A stretch of DNA of 64,000 bases from Candidatus Dormiibacterota bacterium (GTDB lineage: Bacteria > Chloroflexota > Dormibacteria > Aeolococcales > Aeolococcaceae). The DNA lies in NCBI GenBank assembly GCA_035652335.1, contig DASRDZ010000077.1:17025-81024 (forward strand), read 5' to 3'. Position numbers and translations under genes: made by a program. Below the pieces are notes generated by a model that was not told the origin of the DNA, made no database searches, and was given only the letters and a program-made list of their open reading frames with translations. Shown here piece after piece: positions 1 to 9,648 of this stretch (positions within the stretch are counted from its first letter, which is position 1; every line of letters begins with the position of its first letter).

Positions 1-341
1 TGGGCTCGCTCTGGGGGCCGGTGCTGGGCGCGGTCTACCTCGGCTTCCTGCTCAGCTCCACCAACGTGCTGGTCGGCTTCCTGGCCAGCGGGGGCGGCGT
101 GGTCTTCGTGCTGCTGCTCGCGCCTGGCGGGTTCGTGCAGCTCCTGGCCGCAACCCGCGACGCCATGCTGCGGCGGGTGGCGATGCGCCATCGCGTCCAC
201 GCGCCGGGACTGATCGCCGAGGCCGCGCTCGAGGGCCGGGCGGTGACGCCGATCGCCCCGCTGCGCTCCGGCGGCGGCGGGCGCGCCCACGTGCCGGTGC
301 GCTACCGGCTCGACGCCGATGCGGCCGGAGCGCCGGAATGA
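1..341 (+). CDS. C-terminal fragment of a branched-chain amino acid (Liv-type) ABC transporter permease. The gene starts upstream of the window.
   Basis: The hydrophobic tail (...GPVLGAVYLGFLLSSTNVLVGFLASGG...) is typical of the LivM/LivH permease C-terminus. Its stop overlaps the next start (ATGA at 338-341). Confidence 0.5.
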   Translation, partial: GSLWGPVLGAVYLGFLLSSTNVLVGFLASGGGVVFVLLLAPGGFVQLLAATRDAMLRRVAMRHRVHAPGLIAEAALEGRAVTPIAPLRSGGGGRAHVPVRYRLDADAAGAPE

Positions 342-3300
342 TCGCCACCCGCCCGCCGGTGCCGTCGGAGCGTCTGGTGGCGCAGGGCGCCGCCTACACG
401 CCGCCCGCCGAGGAGGAGAACCCCTTCGCCGAAGGGCTCGACGCGCTGGAGCGCGGCCCGCGCCTCCGCGACCGCCTGGGGCTGTACGTGAGCCAGGTCA
501 ACCCCTGGTCGGTGGCCGCCGGGTACGCGGTCACGCCGCTGCTCGTGGTCGGCCTGCTCCAGCTGCTCGGCAACGCCGACTACCAGGCGCTCTTCGTGCT
601 CATCCCCCAGATGCGCCCGAGTTTCGGCTACGACCTGCAGTTTCTCGTGGTCTTCAACTACGTCCTGCAGGTGAGCCAGACCCTGGGGGCGCCGCTGATG
701 GGCTTCGTCGCCGACCGGGTGCGGCGCGTCTGGATGCTGCGCGCCGGCGGCATCGTCGCCCACCTCGGCTCCATCACCATGGGCTTCTCGGCCGGCCCGG
801 GACAGCTCCTCGCCGGACGCGCCATCGCCACCGGCGGCCAGGTGGTCGCCCAGCCCGCGGCGATGCCCCTGCTCACCGACTGCTACCCGCCGGAGCGGCG
901 GGCGCGCGCCATCGGCTTCGTCATGCAGTGCGGCAGCCTGGGCGCGGTGCTCTCGCCCATCGTCATCGGCGTCATCGCCGCGGGCTACGGGTGGCGCACC
1001 GCGTTCATCGTGCTGGGCGCCTTCTCGCTGGCGCTGACGGGGCTGTACTTCACCGTCCGCGAGCCGGTGCGGGGCGAGCAGGACCGCCTGGCCATGGGCG
1101 CCGGCGCCGACGTGGCGCAGCACGAGCAGGCGCCCGCGGGATGGAAGGAGTCCTGGCGTGCCCTCAACAGCGTGCAGACGCTGCGCCGCATCTGGTTCGC
1201 CATGCCATTCCTCTCCGCGGCGAGCTTCATCTTCGTGCTGCTGCCCATCTACTTCTCGGTGGAGTGGCATCTCGGCGCGGCCGCCTACGGCCTGGTGGCG
1301 GCGGCCGAGGCGGCGGTGACCCTCGCCGCGCAGGTGCTGGTCAGCGTGCTCACCGAGCGCATGCTCGCCGAGCGACCTGCACGGGTGATGGGGTTGGTCG
1401 GGGTGATCTGCGTCGTGCTGATGGCGGCGCTGCTGCTCTGCGCGCTGGCGCCGTCGCTCTGGATCGCCGTGCTCGCGGCGTGCGTCGCCGGCGCCTGCTC
1501 GCTGCTCGTCAACCCGGGCTTCAGCCCGCCGCTGCTGTCGGTGGTCTCGCTGGTTGCGCCGGCGCGCATCCGGGCGATGGGCATGACCAGCTACGCGCCC
1601 TGGCAGCTGCTCTCCTTCCCCATCCTCTTCTACGGGGTCGGCGCCATCCAGAGCGCGGGCTGGTCGACCCGCATGCAGCTCCTCCCCTACCTGCCCCTGT
1701 TCCTCGTCGCCGCCGTGATCCTGGCCACCGGCGGGCTGCACGTCGCCGCCGACATGCGCTCCGCTCTGGCCGCCAGCATGGCCGACGAGGAGGCGCGACG
1801 GGCCCGCCAGTCCGGACGTCGCAAGCTGCTGGTGTGCCGCGACGTCGACGTCGTCCACGAGGGTGCGCGCATCCTCTTCGGCGTCGACCTCGACGTCCAC
1901 GAGGGCGAGATCCTCGCCCTGCTCGGCACCAACGGCGCGGGCAAGTCGACGCTGCTGCGCGCCATCGCGGGCGTGCAGGAGGCGTCGAGCGGCGCCATCC
2001 TCCTCGACGGTGCGGACATCACCCACTCGCCGCCGCACCTCACCACCGAGCGCGGCGTCGCGCTGGTGCCCGGCGGGCGCGCCGTCTTCCCGCGGCTCAC
2101 CGTCGCGGAGAACCTGCGCCTGGCGGCCGCCGGCGTCGCCCCCGACGATCGCGGCTCGCGCGTCGAGGCGGTGCTCACCCTGTTCCCGGTGCTGCGCACC
2201 CGCATGGGCCAGCTCGCCGGTGACCTGAGCGGCGGCGAGCAGCAGATGCTGGCGCTCTCCCAGGCGTTGCTGCAGCACCCCCGCCTGCTCCTCGTCGACG
2301 AGATGAGCCTCGGGCTGGCGCCGATGGTGGTCGACCAGCTGCTCGACGCGCTGCGGCGCATCCACGCGGGCGGGACGACGATCGTCATCGTCGAGCAGTC
2401 CGTCAACGTCGCGCTGACCGTCGCCGACCGCGCCGTGTTCATGGAGAAGGGGCGCGTCGTCTTCGAGGGCGCCACGGCGGAGCTGCTGCAGCGGGGCGAC
2501 CTGGCGCGCAGCGTCTTCCTGGGGCAGAGCCGCGCCAGTGCGGGCGGCACGCTGAGCGGCACGGCGCGACGGCACGGCGCCGCGGATGCGGCGGACGCGG
2601 AGGTGCTCCGCGTCGACCGTCTGGGGGTGCGCTTCGGCGGCGTCGACGCGCTGCGCGAGGTGACCCTCAGCGTCGGCGGCAACGAGATCGTCGGGGTGAT
2701 CGGGCCCAACGGTGCCGGCAAGTCCACGCTCTTCGACGCCATCTCCGGGTTCGTGGCACCCTCGGCAGGAACGGTCGTCGCCTTCGGCGAGGACGTCACC
2801 GCGCTCCCCCCCGAGGCACGCGCACGCCGCGGACTGGTGCGCTCCTTCCAGAACCTGCAGCTCTTCGGCGCCATGACGGTGCGCGAGGTCATCGCCCTCG
2901 CCCTGGAGCGCACCGCCTCCGACCTGGAGGGCCTGGGCGCGGCGCTGCGGCTGCCCGGTGCGCGCCGCATGCAGCGGCGCACCGCGCGGCGCATCGACAA
3001 CCTCCTCGACGGGCTCGGGCTGCGCCCCAACGCCGAGCAGTTCATCGGCGAGCTCTCCACCGGGACGCGACGCATCGTCGACCTCGCCTGCCTGCTCGCC
3101 GCCGAGCCGCGGCTGCTGCTGCTCGACGAGCCCTCCAGCGGCCTGGCGCAGAGCGAGACCGAGGAGCTGGGTCCGCTGATCGGGCGCATCGCCAAGGAGG
3201 CGGGCTGCAGCATCCTGCTCATCGAGCACGACCTGCCACTGGTGACCGCGGTGGCGACGCGGATGGTGGCCATGGACCAGGGACACGTCATCGCCGACGG

Positions 3301-3394
3301 ACCGCCGCGCGCGGTCGTCGAGGATGCCGCGGTGGTGCGCGCCTACCTGGGCGCGTCCACGGCGGCGCTGAACCGATCGGGGAGGATCTCATGA
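338..3394 (+). CDS. Three-domain fusion. An N-terminal MFS-like polytopic membrane domain is followed by a LivF-type and then a LivG-type ABC ATPase domain.
   Basis: The N-terminal ~480 aa is hydrophobic and carries MFS-like motifs (GRAIATGG; PPERRARAIG). Walker A LLGTNGAGKST plus LSGGEQQMLAL is LivF-like. A second Walker A IGPNGAGKST plus LSTGTRRIVDLA and LLLLDEPSSGLA is LivG-like. It is one uninterrupted 1018-aa ORF. Confidence 0.7.
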   Translation: MIATRPPVPSERLVAQGAAYTPPAEEENPFAEGLDALERGPRLRDRLGLYVSQVNPWSVAAGYAVTPLLVVGLLQLLGNADYQALFVLIPQMRPSFGYDLQFLVVFNYVLQVSQTLGAPLMGFVADRVRRVWMLRAGGIVAHLGSITMGFSAGPGQLLAGRAIATGGQVVAQPAAMPLLTDCYPPERRARAIGFVMQCGSLGAVLSPIVIGVIAAGYGWRTAFIVLGAFSLALTGLYFTVREPVRGEQDRLAMGAGADVAQHEQAPAGWKESWRALNSVQTLRRIWFAMPFLSAASFIFVLLPIYFSVEWHLGAAAYGLVAAAEAAVTLAAQVLVSVLTERMLAERPARVMGLVGVICVVLMAALLLCALAPSLWIAVLAACVAGACSLLVNPGFSPPLLSVVSLVAPARIRAMGMTSYAPWQLLSFPILFYGVGAIQSAGWSTRMQLLPYLPLFLVAAVILATGGLHVAADMRSALAASMADEEARRARQSGRRKLLVCRDVDVVHEGARILFGVDLDVHEGEILALLGTNGAGKSTLLRAIAGVQEASSGAILLDGADITHSPPHLTTERGVALVPGGRAVFPRLTVAENLRLAAAGVAPDDRGSRVEAVLTLFPVLRTRMGQLAGDLSGGEQQMLALSQALLQHPRLLLVDEMSLGLAPMVVDQLLDALRRIHAGGTTIVIVEQSVNVALTVADRAVFMEKGRVVFEGATAELLQRGDLARSVFLGQSRASAGGTLSGTARRHGAADAADAEVLRVDRLGVRFGGVDALREVTLSVGGNEIVGVIGPNGAGKSTLFDAISGFVAPSAGTVVAFGEDVTALPPEARARRGLVRSFQNLQLFGAMTVREVIALALERTASDLEGLGAALRLPGARRMQRRTARRIDNLLDGLGLRPNAEQFIGELSTGTRRIVDLACLLAAEPRLLLLDEPSSGLAQSETEELGPLIGRIAKEAGCSILLIEHDLPLVTAVATRMVAMDQGHVIADGPPRAVVEDAAVVRAYLGASTAALNRSGRIS

Positions 3395-4398
3395 CGCAGC
3401 TCCGGCCGTTCTCGGCCACAACTCCGGCGCTCGACCCGGCCTCGTTCCGGGCCCGCTTCGAGGCGATGGCGGCCAACATGCAGCGGGTCATCAAGGGCAA
3501 GCCCGAGGTGGTGCGCATGGTGCTCACCGCCGTGCTCGCCGAGGGCCACGTCCTGCTGGAGGACCTGCCAGGCACCGGCAAGACGATGCTGGCGCGCAGC
3601 CTGGCCCAGACCATCGACGTCCCCACCGCGCGCGTGCAGTGCACCCCCGACCTGCTGCCCTCCGACGTCACCGGCTCGACGATCATCGACATGCAGACCA
3701 GCAACTTCGTCTTCAAGCCCGGCCCGCTCTTCACCAGCGTGCTGCTGGTCGACGAGGTCAACCGGGCCACGCCGAAGACGCAGAGCGCGTTGCTGGAAGC
3801 CATGCAGGAGCGCGCGGTCACCGTCGACGGCGTCACCCATCCGCTGCCCCGCCCCTTCCTGATGATCGCCACCCAGAACCCCATCGAGCTGGCCGGGACC
3901 TTCCCGCTCCCCGAGGCGCAGCTCGACCGCTTCCTCTTCAAGCTCTCGGTGGGCTATCCCGACCGCGGCGCCGAGGCGGAGGTGCTGCGCGCCAACATCG
4001 CCGACGAGGCGATCGCCGACCTGCGCCCCGTGGCCACCACCGGCGACGTGCTGCAGCTGGTGGAATGGGCGCGCGGGATCACCGTCAGCGAGCCGGTGAT
4101 GATGTACATCATCGACCTCTGCCAGGCGACGCGCAGCGATCCCTCGTTGCTGATCGGCGCCAGCACCCGTGCTTCGCTCGCCCTGATGCGCGCCGCGCGC
4201 GTGGTGGCCGCGTCGCAGGGACGCGAGGACGTCTACCCCGACGACGTGCGCCACGTGCTCAGCGCGGTGTTCGCCCACCGCCTGGTGCTCACCCCCGACG
4301 CGCAGCTGCGCGACGAGACCGTCGACAAGGTGGTCGAGCGCATCGTCGGCCGCGTCAAGCCGCCGCTCGGCGTGGGCGGGGAGAGCGCCCCGGCATGA
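3391..4398 (+). CDS. moxR: MoxR-family AAA+ ATPase
   Basis: Walker A LPGTGKT, LLVDEVNRA and TQNPIE motifs, with MoxR-like length and layout. The start overlaps the upstream stop (ATGA). Confidence 0.9.
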   Translation: MTQLRPFSATTPALDPASFRARFEAMAANMQRVIKGKPEVVRMVLTAVLAEGHVLLEDLPGTGKTMLARSLAQTIDVPTARVQCTPDLLPSDVTGSTIIDMQTSNFVFKPGPLFTSVLLVDEVNRATPKTQSALLEAMQERAVTVDGVTHPLPRPFLMIATQNPIELAGTFPLPEAQLDRFLFKLSVGYPDRGAEAEVLRANIADEAIADLRPVATTGDVLQLVEWARGITVSEPVMMYIIDLCQATRSDPSLLIGASTRASLALMRAARVVAASQGREDVYPDDVRHVLSAVFAHRLVLTPDAQLRDETVDKVVERIVGRVKPPLGVGGESAPA

Positions 4399-5651
4399 TC
4401 GGCGCCCGGCGCCGCGACACGGAAGCAGGAGCGGGCGCTCTCGCGCGCCTCGAACAGAGGCTCGGCCTGTCCGCCAACGGCCTCGCAGTGAGCGGCTTCG
4501 CGGTGCTGGGCTGGATCGTCGCGCGCGCGCTGGGTGGACGGGCGCTGTTCCTGCTCGTCTACGTGGCGCTGCTGCTGGTCGGCGCGGCCTGGTGGATCGC
4601 GCGGCGGCGTCGCGCCCTGCAGGCGGAGCGCTCGCAGCTCCCCACCCGCGTGCGCGAAGGACAGACGGTGCTCGCGGAGATCACCCTGCGCTCGCGCCGC
4701 CGGCTGACGTCGTTCGTCGTCGAGGAGCGGCTCGACGACGCGCTGGGGTCACCGGTGCGCGTCGCCGTCGGCACGCTCTCGCCCGATCGCGACGTGCACC
4801 ACCAGTACAGCATCCGCCCGCGGCGCCGCGGCGTGTATCGCGTCGGTCCGCTGGAGGCGGAGTGGACCGACCCCTTCGGCCTGGCGCGCAGCCGCCAGCC
4901 GCTGCTCGACGCAACCGAGATCATCGTGCACCCCTCCACCGAGGTGGTCGTCGACCGTCCCACCGCGCGCAAGTGGGAGGACCCGCCGGTGCGGCCGCCG
5001 CACAGCCGCGCCTGGCCCGCGGGGTTCGAGTTCTATGGCATGCGCGACTACGTCGTCGGCGACGACCTGCGCCGCGTCGTCTGGCGCGCGTCGGCGCGCA
5101 CCGGCCGCCTGCTGGTGCGCGAGTTCGAGCAGGGCATCACCGACCGCATCGTCGTCGTGCTCGACACCGACCGCACCTGGCACCGTCCCGGCGAGGTGTC
5201 CGACACCTTCGAGGCGGCGGTGCGCTGCGCGGCGTCGCTGGGCGTCCGCCACCTCCAGGACGGCTTCAGCGTCGGGCTGGAGTCCAACTCGGCGCGCCTG
5301 GCGGTGGACCTGCGCGGGCTGCGCGCGCGCATCCCGCTGCTCGACGAGCTGGCGCGCGTGCAGCGCGAGTCGACGTCGCTGCGCGAGTCGCTGGAGAGGC
5401 TGCTGCGGGTGCGCGCAGGCGTGGCCCACCACGTGGTGATCACGCCGCACCTCGACGCGGACAGCGCGGGACGGCTGCGGCTGCTCGTCGAGAAGGGCGG
5501 ATCGGTGCTCGTCGCCGCGGTGGTGTGGGAGGAGTCCGACCCGCTCACCGTGCGGCGCGCGGTGGAGATGGGCGCGCAGGTGGTCGAGGTGCGTCCCGGC
5601 GCGGCGCTGGGCACGGTGTTCTCGCGTGCGGTGGGCGCAGGATCACGATGA
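4395..5651 (+). CDS. DUF58-family (vWA-like) protein. It is the usual partner of MoxR.
   Basis: It has the N-terminal TM and the hallmark YxxGDDLRRVxWRASARTGRLLVREFE motif. ATGA overlap with moxR. The six-frame ORF is N-extended and was trimmed to the ATG at 4395. Confidence 0.8.
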   Translation: MIGARRRDTEAGAGALARLEQRLGLSANGLAVSGFAVLGWIVARALGGRALFLLVYVALLLVGAAWWIARRRRALQAERSQLPTRVREGQTVLAEITLRSRRRLTSFVVEERLDDALGSPVRVAVGTLSPDRDVHHQYSIRPRRRGVYRVGPLEAEWTDPFGLARSRQPLLDATEIIVHPSTEVVVDRPTARKWEDPPVRPPHSRAWPAGFEFYGMRDYVVGDDLRRVVWRASARTGRLLVREFEQGITDRIVVVLDTDRTWHRPGEVSDTFEAAVRCAASLGVRHLQDGFSVGLESNSARLAVDLRGLRARIPLLDELARVQRESTSLRESLERLLRVRAGVAHHVVITPHLDADSAGRLRLLVEKGGSVLVAAVVWEESDPLTVRRAVEMGAQVVEVRPGAALGTVFSRAVGAGSR

Positions 5652-8590
5652 GCTTGATCGGCGACCCGGTTCGCGACGTCGACGCGGTTGCCGACACGGT
5701 TCCGGTCGCCATCGCCGAGAACACAGAGGCGGTGACCAGCGTCGCCGCCGAGGACTCGCCCCCCGTCCCGCTGCTGCGCACCCTGGCCGCCGCCGCGCTG
5801 AGCACCGCCGCGGCGGCGTGGATGACCGGCGGCATCTTCCGCGGCCCGGAGGCCGCGCGCGGCCTCGGCGCCCTCGGCATCGCCGTCGCTGCCGTCCTGA
5901 CGCTGCTCGGCATGCGCACCCGCCGCACCACGCTGATGCAGCTGCTCGTCGTCCCCGCGGCGGTGGTGCTCGGCGCGCTGCTCGTCCTGCCCAGCACCGG
6001 GGGCAGCAGCACCATCCCCTCGCTGGTCGGCGACGCACTGCACGCCGGCGGGATCCTGCAGCCGCCCATCGCGCTCGACCCCGGCTGGCGGCTGGTGCTC
6101 GCCGTCCTCTTCGCGGGCATCTGCTCGGCGTCGACGACGCTGGCGCTGAGCCTCGACCGGCCCATGCTCGGGGTCGCCCTGCCGGTGCCGGTGGTGGCCG
6201 TCGCGGCACTGGTGCAGCCACCCGACGCGCAGCTCCTCTCCGTCGGCGGCGCGGTGGTGCTGCTCGCCGCGGCGCTGGCCGTCGCCTACGGCGCCGACCT
6301 CTCGCGCGCGTCGTCGCTCGGCCTCGCCTTCGAGCGCGGACGGCTGCTGCGCGGTGCGGGCCTGGTGGCCGCGCTGCTCGTCGCCGTCGCCGGCCTCGGC
6401 CAGGTGAGCGCGCTCTTCCCGCAGCCGGACACCACCCGCGTCATCCCGCCGCAGCCGCCCCAGCCCGCCCCGCCGGCGCCCGACCACGCCCTCTTCGCCG
6501 TGCGCTTCGGCGGAGCGGACACCGCGCCCCTGCGCACCGGCGTTCTGGACGTATACGACAGCAACTCCGGGGAGTGGCTGCTGCCCTCCTATGACACCTC
6601 GCGCATGGACACCGTGCGTGCACCGGCCAGCCTGCCGGGCGGCCCCGGCGGACGGGGCGTGCACGTCGAGGTGACCATCCGCGACTTCCCCGGCCACGTC
6701 CTGCCCACCGTCCCCGGCGCCAACCACCTGGGCGGCACCTCCGACACGCTGCGCGTCGACCCGCGCACCGGGCAGATCGAGCTGGCCGACCAGCCCACCT
6801 CGGCGGGCTTCGACTACACGCTCGACGCCCCGTCGCTGCCGAGCGCCCAGCAGCTGGGCAGCGCACCCAGGCCGCCGCAGTCGATGCGCGACTTCCTGGC
6901 CATCCCCGCGCCGCCACCCGGTGTGGCCAGGCTGCTCGCCGCCGCACCGGCCAACCCCTTCAACCGCATGCAGTTCCTGCGCACCGCGCTGTTCGGCAAG
7001 GTGGTGGCGGCGGGAAGCGGCGCACCCGGGCCCATCCCGGCGCAGCGCGTCGACGAGATGCTGAGCGGCGGCAAGGCCAACCCGTACGAGATCACCGCGG
7101 CCGAGGCCATGCTGGCGCGCTGGGCGGGGGTGCCCTCGCGCATCGCCTTCGGCTACGAGCCGCAGACGGCGGGCGACGGCACCTACGAGGTGCATCCGCG
7201 CGACGGCGGGGCCTGGCTGGAGACGTGGTTCCAGGGCTACGGCTGGCTGCCCATCCTGGGCGTCCCGCCCCACGCGCAGCCGACCTTCGACCGCAGCCAG
7301 CGCAACGCCGACAGCGGCATCACCCCGACCAACAACCTCGGCCTCCTGGTGTACGTCCCTGTGCAGGTGCCCACCTCGCTGGCGCTGTACCAGCAGGCGC
7401 AGTGGTGGCTGCTGCGCGCCCTGCCCGCCGCCGCCGGCGCGGCGCTGCTGGTGCTGCTGTATCCGGTGCTGCTGAAGCGGCTCCGCGCAGCACGCCGGAC
7501 GCGCTGGGCCCTGCGGCGCGGACCCGCGGAACGCCTCGCCGTCGCCTACGCCGAGTTCCGCGACGCGATGCGCGACCTTGCCGCCGGCGACCCGGTGCTG
7601 ACGCCGCTGCTCTTCCTGCGCGAGATCGAGCCCGACGACGAGCATGCCGAGCTGGCCTGGCTGGTGACGCGCGCGCTGTGGGGCGACCTGCGCCGCGACC
7701 TCCGCCCCGGCGACGCCGACGCCGCCGAGCTGCTGGCGCGCTCGGTGCGCCGCCGGGTGGTGCGCGCCCAGTCCCCCCTCAGCCGCATGCTGGCGGCGAT
7801 CGCGCGCACCTCGCTGCGCGAGCCCTACAGCAGCGAGATCCCCAACCTCTGGCCGCGGCTGCGCATCAGCGCGCCGCGCCCCACCGCGGCGCTGCCGAGG
7901 CGGCTGCTGCTGCGCCGGCGGGTCGCCGGCGCGGGCGCGACGCTGCTGCTCGTCGCCGTCTGCACCGCGCTGCTGCCGCCGGGCGGCACCACACCCACCG
8001 CGGCGCGGACGGTGACGGCGCAGCAGGACGCGACGCTGAACGCGCTCGTGCCACCCGCCGTCGGCCCGCTGGCGCTGCTGCGCCAGACGTCGGTGGAGAG
8101 CGCGTATCGCACGGCGGGCGCGCAGTCGCTGCTCACCGCCGGCCACGTCTACACCGTCCACAACGGCGACGTCATCGAGGGCTCGGTGCAGGTCTCGCTG
8201 CTGCGGCCCGACCTCGACCGCAGCTCCTCCGACCTCGTCGACGGCCTGCGCCAGCGCCTCGGCGGCGGCAACTTCGTCGCCATGACCGAGCGCGTTCCGC
8301 TCGACGACGGCAGCTGCGCCTGCCCAGGACAGTTCACCGAGGTGGCCGTCAAGGACGAGCCGCTGCGCTTCCACCAGCGCATCTGGGTCTCGGTGCTGGC
8401 CGACCAGCGCATCTACTTCTGGTTCCCGCCCGCGGCGAGCACGCTGGAGATCGTGGTGCTGCGCAGCGAGTTCCCCGCGCTCACCGCCGACGAGCTGGTG
8501 CTGACCATGAGCGACCGCCAGCACGGCGCGCCGCTCGTGGCCGTGCCGGTGCCGCCCATCGCGGCCGAGCTGCCGGGGGCGTCGCCATGA
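5648..8590 (+). CDS. Large polytopic membrane protein with a transglutaminase-like core domain
   Basis: Multi-TM N-terminus. The core segment (PYEITAAEAMLARWAGVPSRIAFGYEP...GGAWLETWFQGYGWLPILGVPP) resembles a transglutaminase-like fold, but the Cys and His positions appear substituted. ATGA overlap with DUF58 at 5648. Confidence 0.7.
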   Translation: MSLIGDPVRDVDAVADTVPVAIAENTEAVTSVAAEDSPPVPLLRTLAAAALSTAAAAWMTGGIFRGPEAARGLGALGIAVAAVLTLLGMRTRRTTLMQLLVVPAAVVLGALLVLPSTGGSSTIPSLVGDALHAGGILQPPIALDPGWRLVLAVLFAGICSASTTLALSLDRPMLGVALPVPVVAVAALVQPPDAQLLSVGGAVVLLAAALAVAYGADLSRASSLGLAFERGRLLRGAGLVAALLVAVAGLGQVSALFPQPDTTRVIPPQPPQPAPPAPDHALFAVRFGGADTAPLRTGVLDVYDSNSGEWLLPSYDTSRMDTVRAPASLPGGPGGRGVHVEVTIRDFPGHVLPTVPGANHLGGTSDTLRVDPRTGQIELADQPTSAGFDYTLDAPSLPSAQQLGSAPRPPQSMRDFLAIPAPPPGVARLLAAAPANPFNRMQFLRTALFGKVVAAGSGAPGPIPAQRVDEMLSGGKANPYEITAAEAMLARWAGVPSRIAFGYEPQTAGDGTYEVHPRDGGAWLETWFQGYGWLPILGVPPHAQPTFDRSQRNADSGITPTNNLGLLVYVPVQVPTSLALYQQAQWWLLRALPAAAGAALLVLLYPVLLKRLRAARRTRWALRRGPAERLAVAYAEFRDAMRDLAAGDPVLTPLLFLREIEPDDEHAELAWLVTRALWGDLRRDLRPGDADAAELLARSVRRRVVRAQSPLSRMLAAIARTSLREPYSSEIPNLWPRLRISAPRPTAALPRRLLLRRRVAGAGATLLLVAVCTALLPPGGTTPTAARTVTAQQDATLNALVPPAVGPLALLRQTSVESAYRTAGAQSLLTAGHVYTVHNGDVIEGSVQVSLLRPDLDRSSSDLVDGLRQRLGGGNFVAMTERVPLDDGSCACPGQFTEVAVKDEPLRFHQRIWVSVLADQRIYFWFPPAASTLEIVVLRSEFPALTADELVLTMSDRQHGAPLVAVPVPPIAAELPGASP

Positions 8591-9648
8591 TGCCGCGCCT
8601 CCGCATCCGCCGCCCGATCCTCGCTCCGGTGCGCGCACACCGCGCCCTCGTCGTGGTCGCGCTGGCGCTGACGGCCTGCGGGCCGACGCCGCCCTTCGAG
8701 CTGGCCGTGCACGAGGTGCCCGGCGACGTGGTCTACGGCGGGCAGTCGACGCCGGCACCGAGCGCCAGCGCGGGCAGCGGCCCCTCCGCGCTTGCCCCCG
8801 GTGCGCCGCCGCTCATCTACGGCGCACCGGCGCCTCCGCCGCAGGCGACGTTCGCGTCGATCCCGGCCACAACCCCCGCGCCGGTCTGCCCGGCCGCGCC
8901 CGTCGACGCCGTCCCCGCGCTGCAGGCCGACCCCTGGGCGAGCGTGCCGCCCGTCGCCACCGCCTACCTCTGGCGCACCGACGTCGCGCAGTCCTGGTAC
9001 ACCCTCGGCGGCGGCCCGAAGCTGGCCTTCCCCGCCACCTTCACCCACACCGTCGCGAACGTGAGCCCCGTCGACGCCACCACCGGCGCCTACACCTTCG
9101 ACGTGGCCACCTCCGCGGGCGGCGTCACCGGCCTGCAGAAGGTCACCGACTCCTTCGAGGTGATCCCGCCGCCGCAGGGCACCAGCGACGTGCAGGGCGT
9201 GTCGACGTCGCAGGCCGCCGGGCTCTACCTCACCGCCATGCAGACGCTCGACCCCAGCGATCCCCGGTCGCGGGTGACCAGGTTCGCGCCGCCGATCCTG
9301 CTCATGCAGTTCCCCGGCAACGAGCTTCCCACCTGGAACACGGCCGGCACCGACACCGCCACCGGCACCACCATCCAGCTGGCCGGCGCGGTGCTCGGGC
9401 ACGTCAGCGTCGACGCCTGCGGCACGGTGATCGACGCCTGGCAGGTGCATGCCACCGGGAGCCTGGTCGGCCCCAACCAGAACCTGAGCCTCGACCTCAC
9501 CTACGACGTGGCCACACAGTACGGCGGCATCATCGTGGCCGAGCAGGACGGCATCGGCGGCACCGAGCTCTCCGGCAGCGCGATGCAGAGCGTCGGCTCG
9601 CACGACGTGTCGTTCATCGCCGTGCCGCCGCAGCGGAGGGCAGGCTGA
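8587..9648 (+). CDS. Putative lipoprotein of unknown function
   Basis: Signal peptide plus lipobox (LALTACG), a Pro/Ala-rich linker and a Thr/Gly-rich extracytoplasmic domain. ATGA overlap with the upstream gene. Confidence 0.5.
   Translation: MMPRLRIRRPILAPVRAHRALVVVALALTACGPTPPFELAVHEVPGDVVYGGQSTPAPSASAGSGPSALAPGAPPLIYGAPAPPPQATFASIPATTPAPVCPAAPVDAVPALQADPWASVPPVATAYLWRTDVAQSWYTLGGGPKLAFPATFTHTVANVSPVDATTGAYTFDVATSAGGVTGLQKVTDSFEVIPPPQGTSDVQGVSTSQAAGLYLTAMQTLDPSDPRSRVTRFAPPILLMQFPGNELPTWNTAGTDTATGTTIQLAGAVLGHVSVDACGTVIDAWQVHATGSLVGPNQNLSLDLTYDVATQYGGIIVAEQDGIGGTELSGSAMQSVGSHDVSFIAVPPQRRAG

Noticed and set aside
302-3286. 994-aa minus-strand ORF, and the 634-aa + ORF at 319-2223
   Set aside because: Antisense or alternative-frame ORFs over the MFS-LivFG gene. 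They are Arg/Ala/Gly/Pro-rich with no motifs, typical high-GC artefacts.
4592-8590. 1332-aa + ORF starting at 4592
   Set aside because: N-terminal extension running through the DUF58 gene in another frame. The true start is the ATG at 5648, coupled to the DUF58 stop.
5048-8758. 1236-aa minus-strand ORF
   Set aside because: Antisense to the transglutaminase-like gene, which has clear TM and domain signal. Low-complexity RAGP composition.
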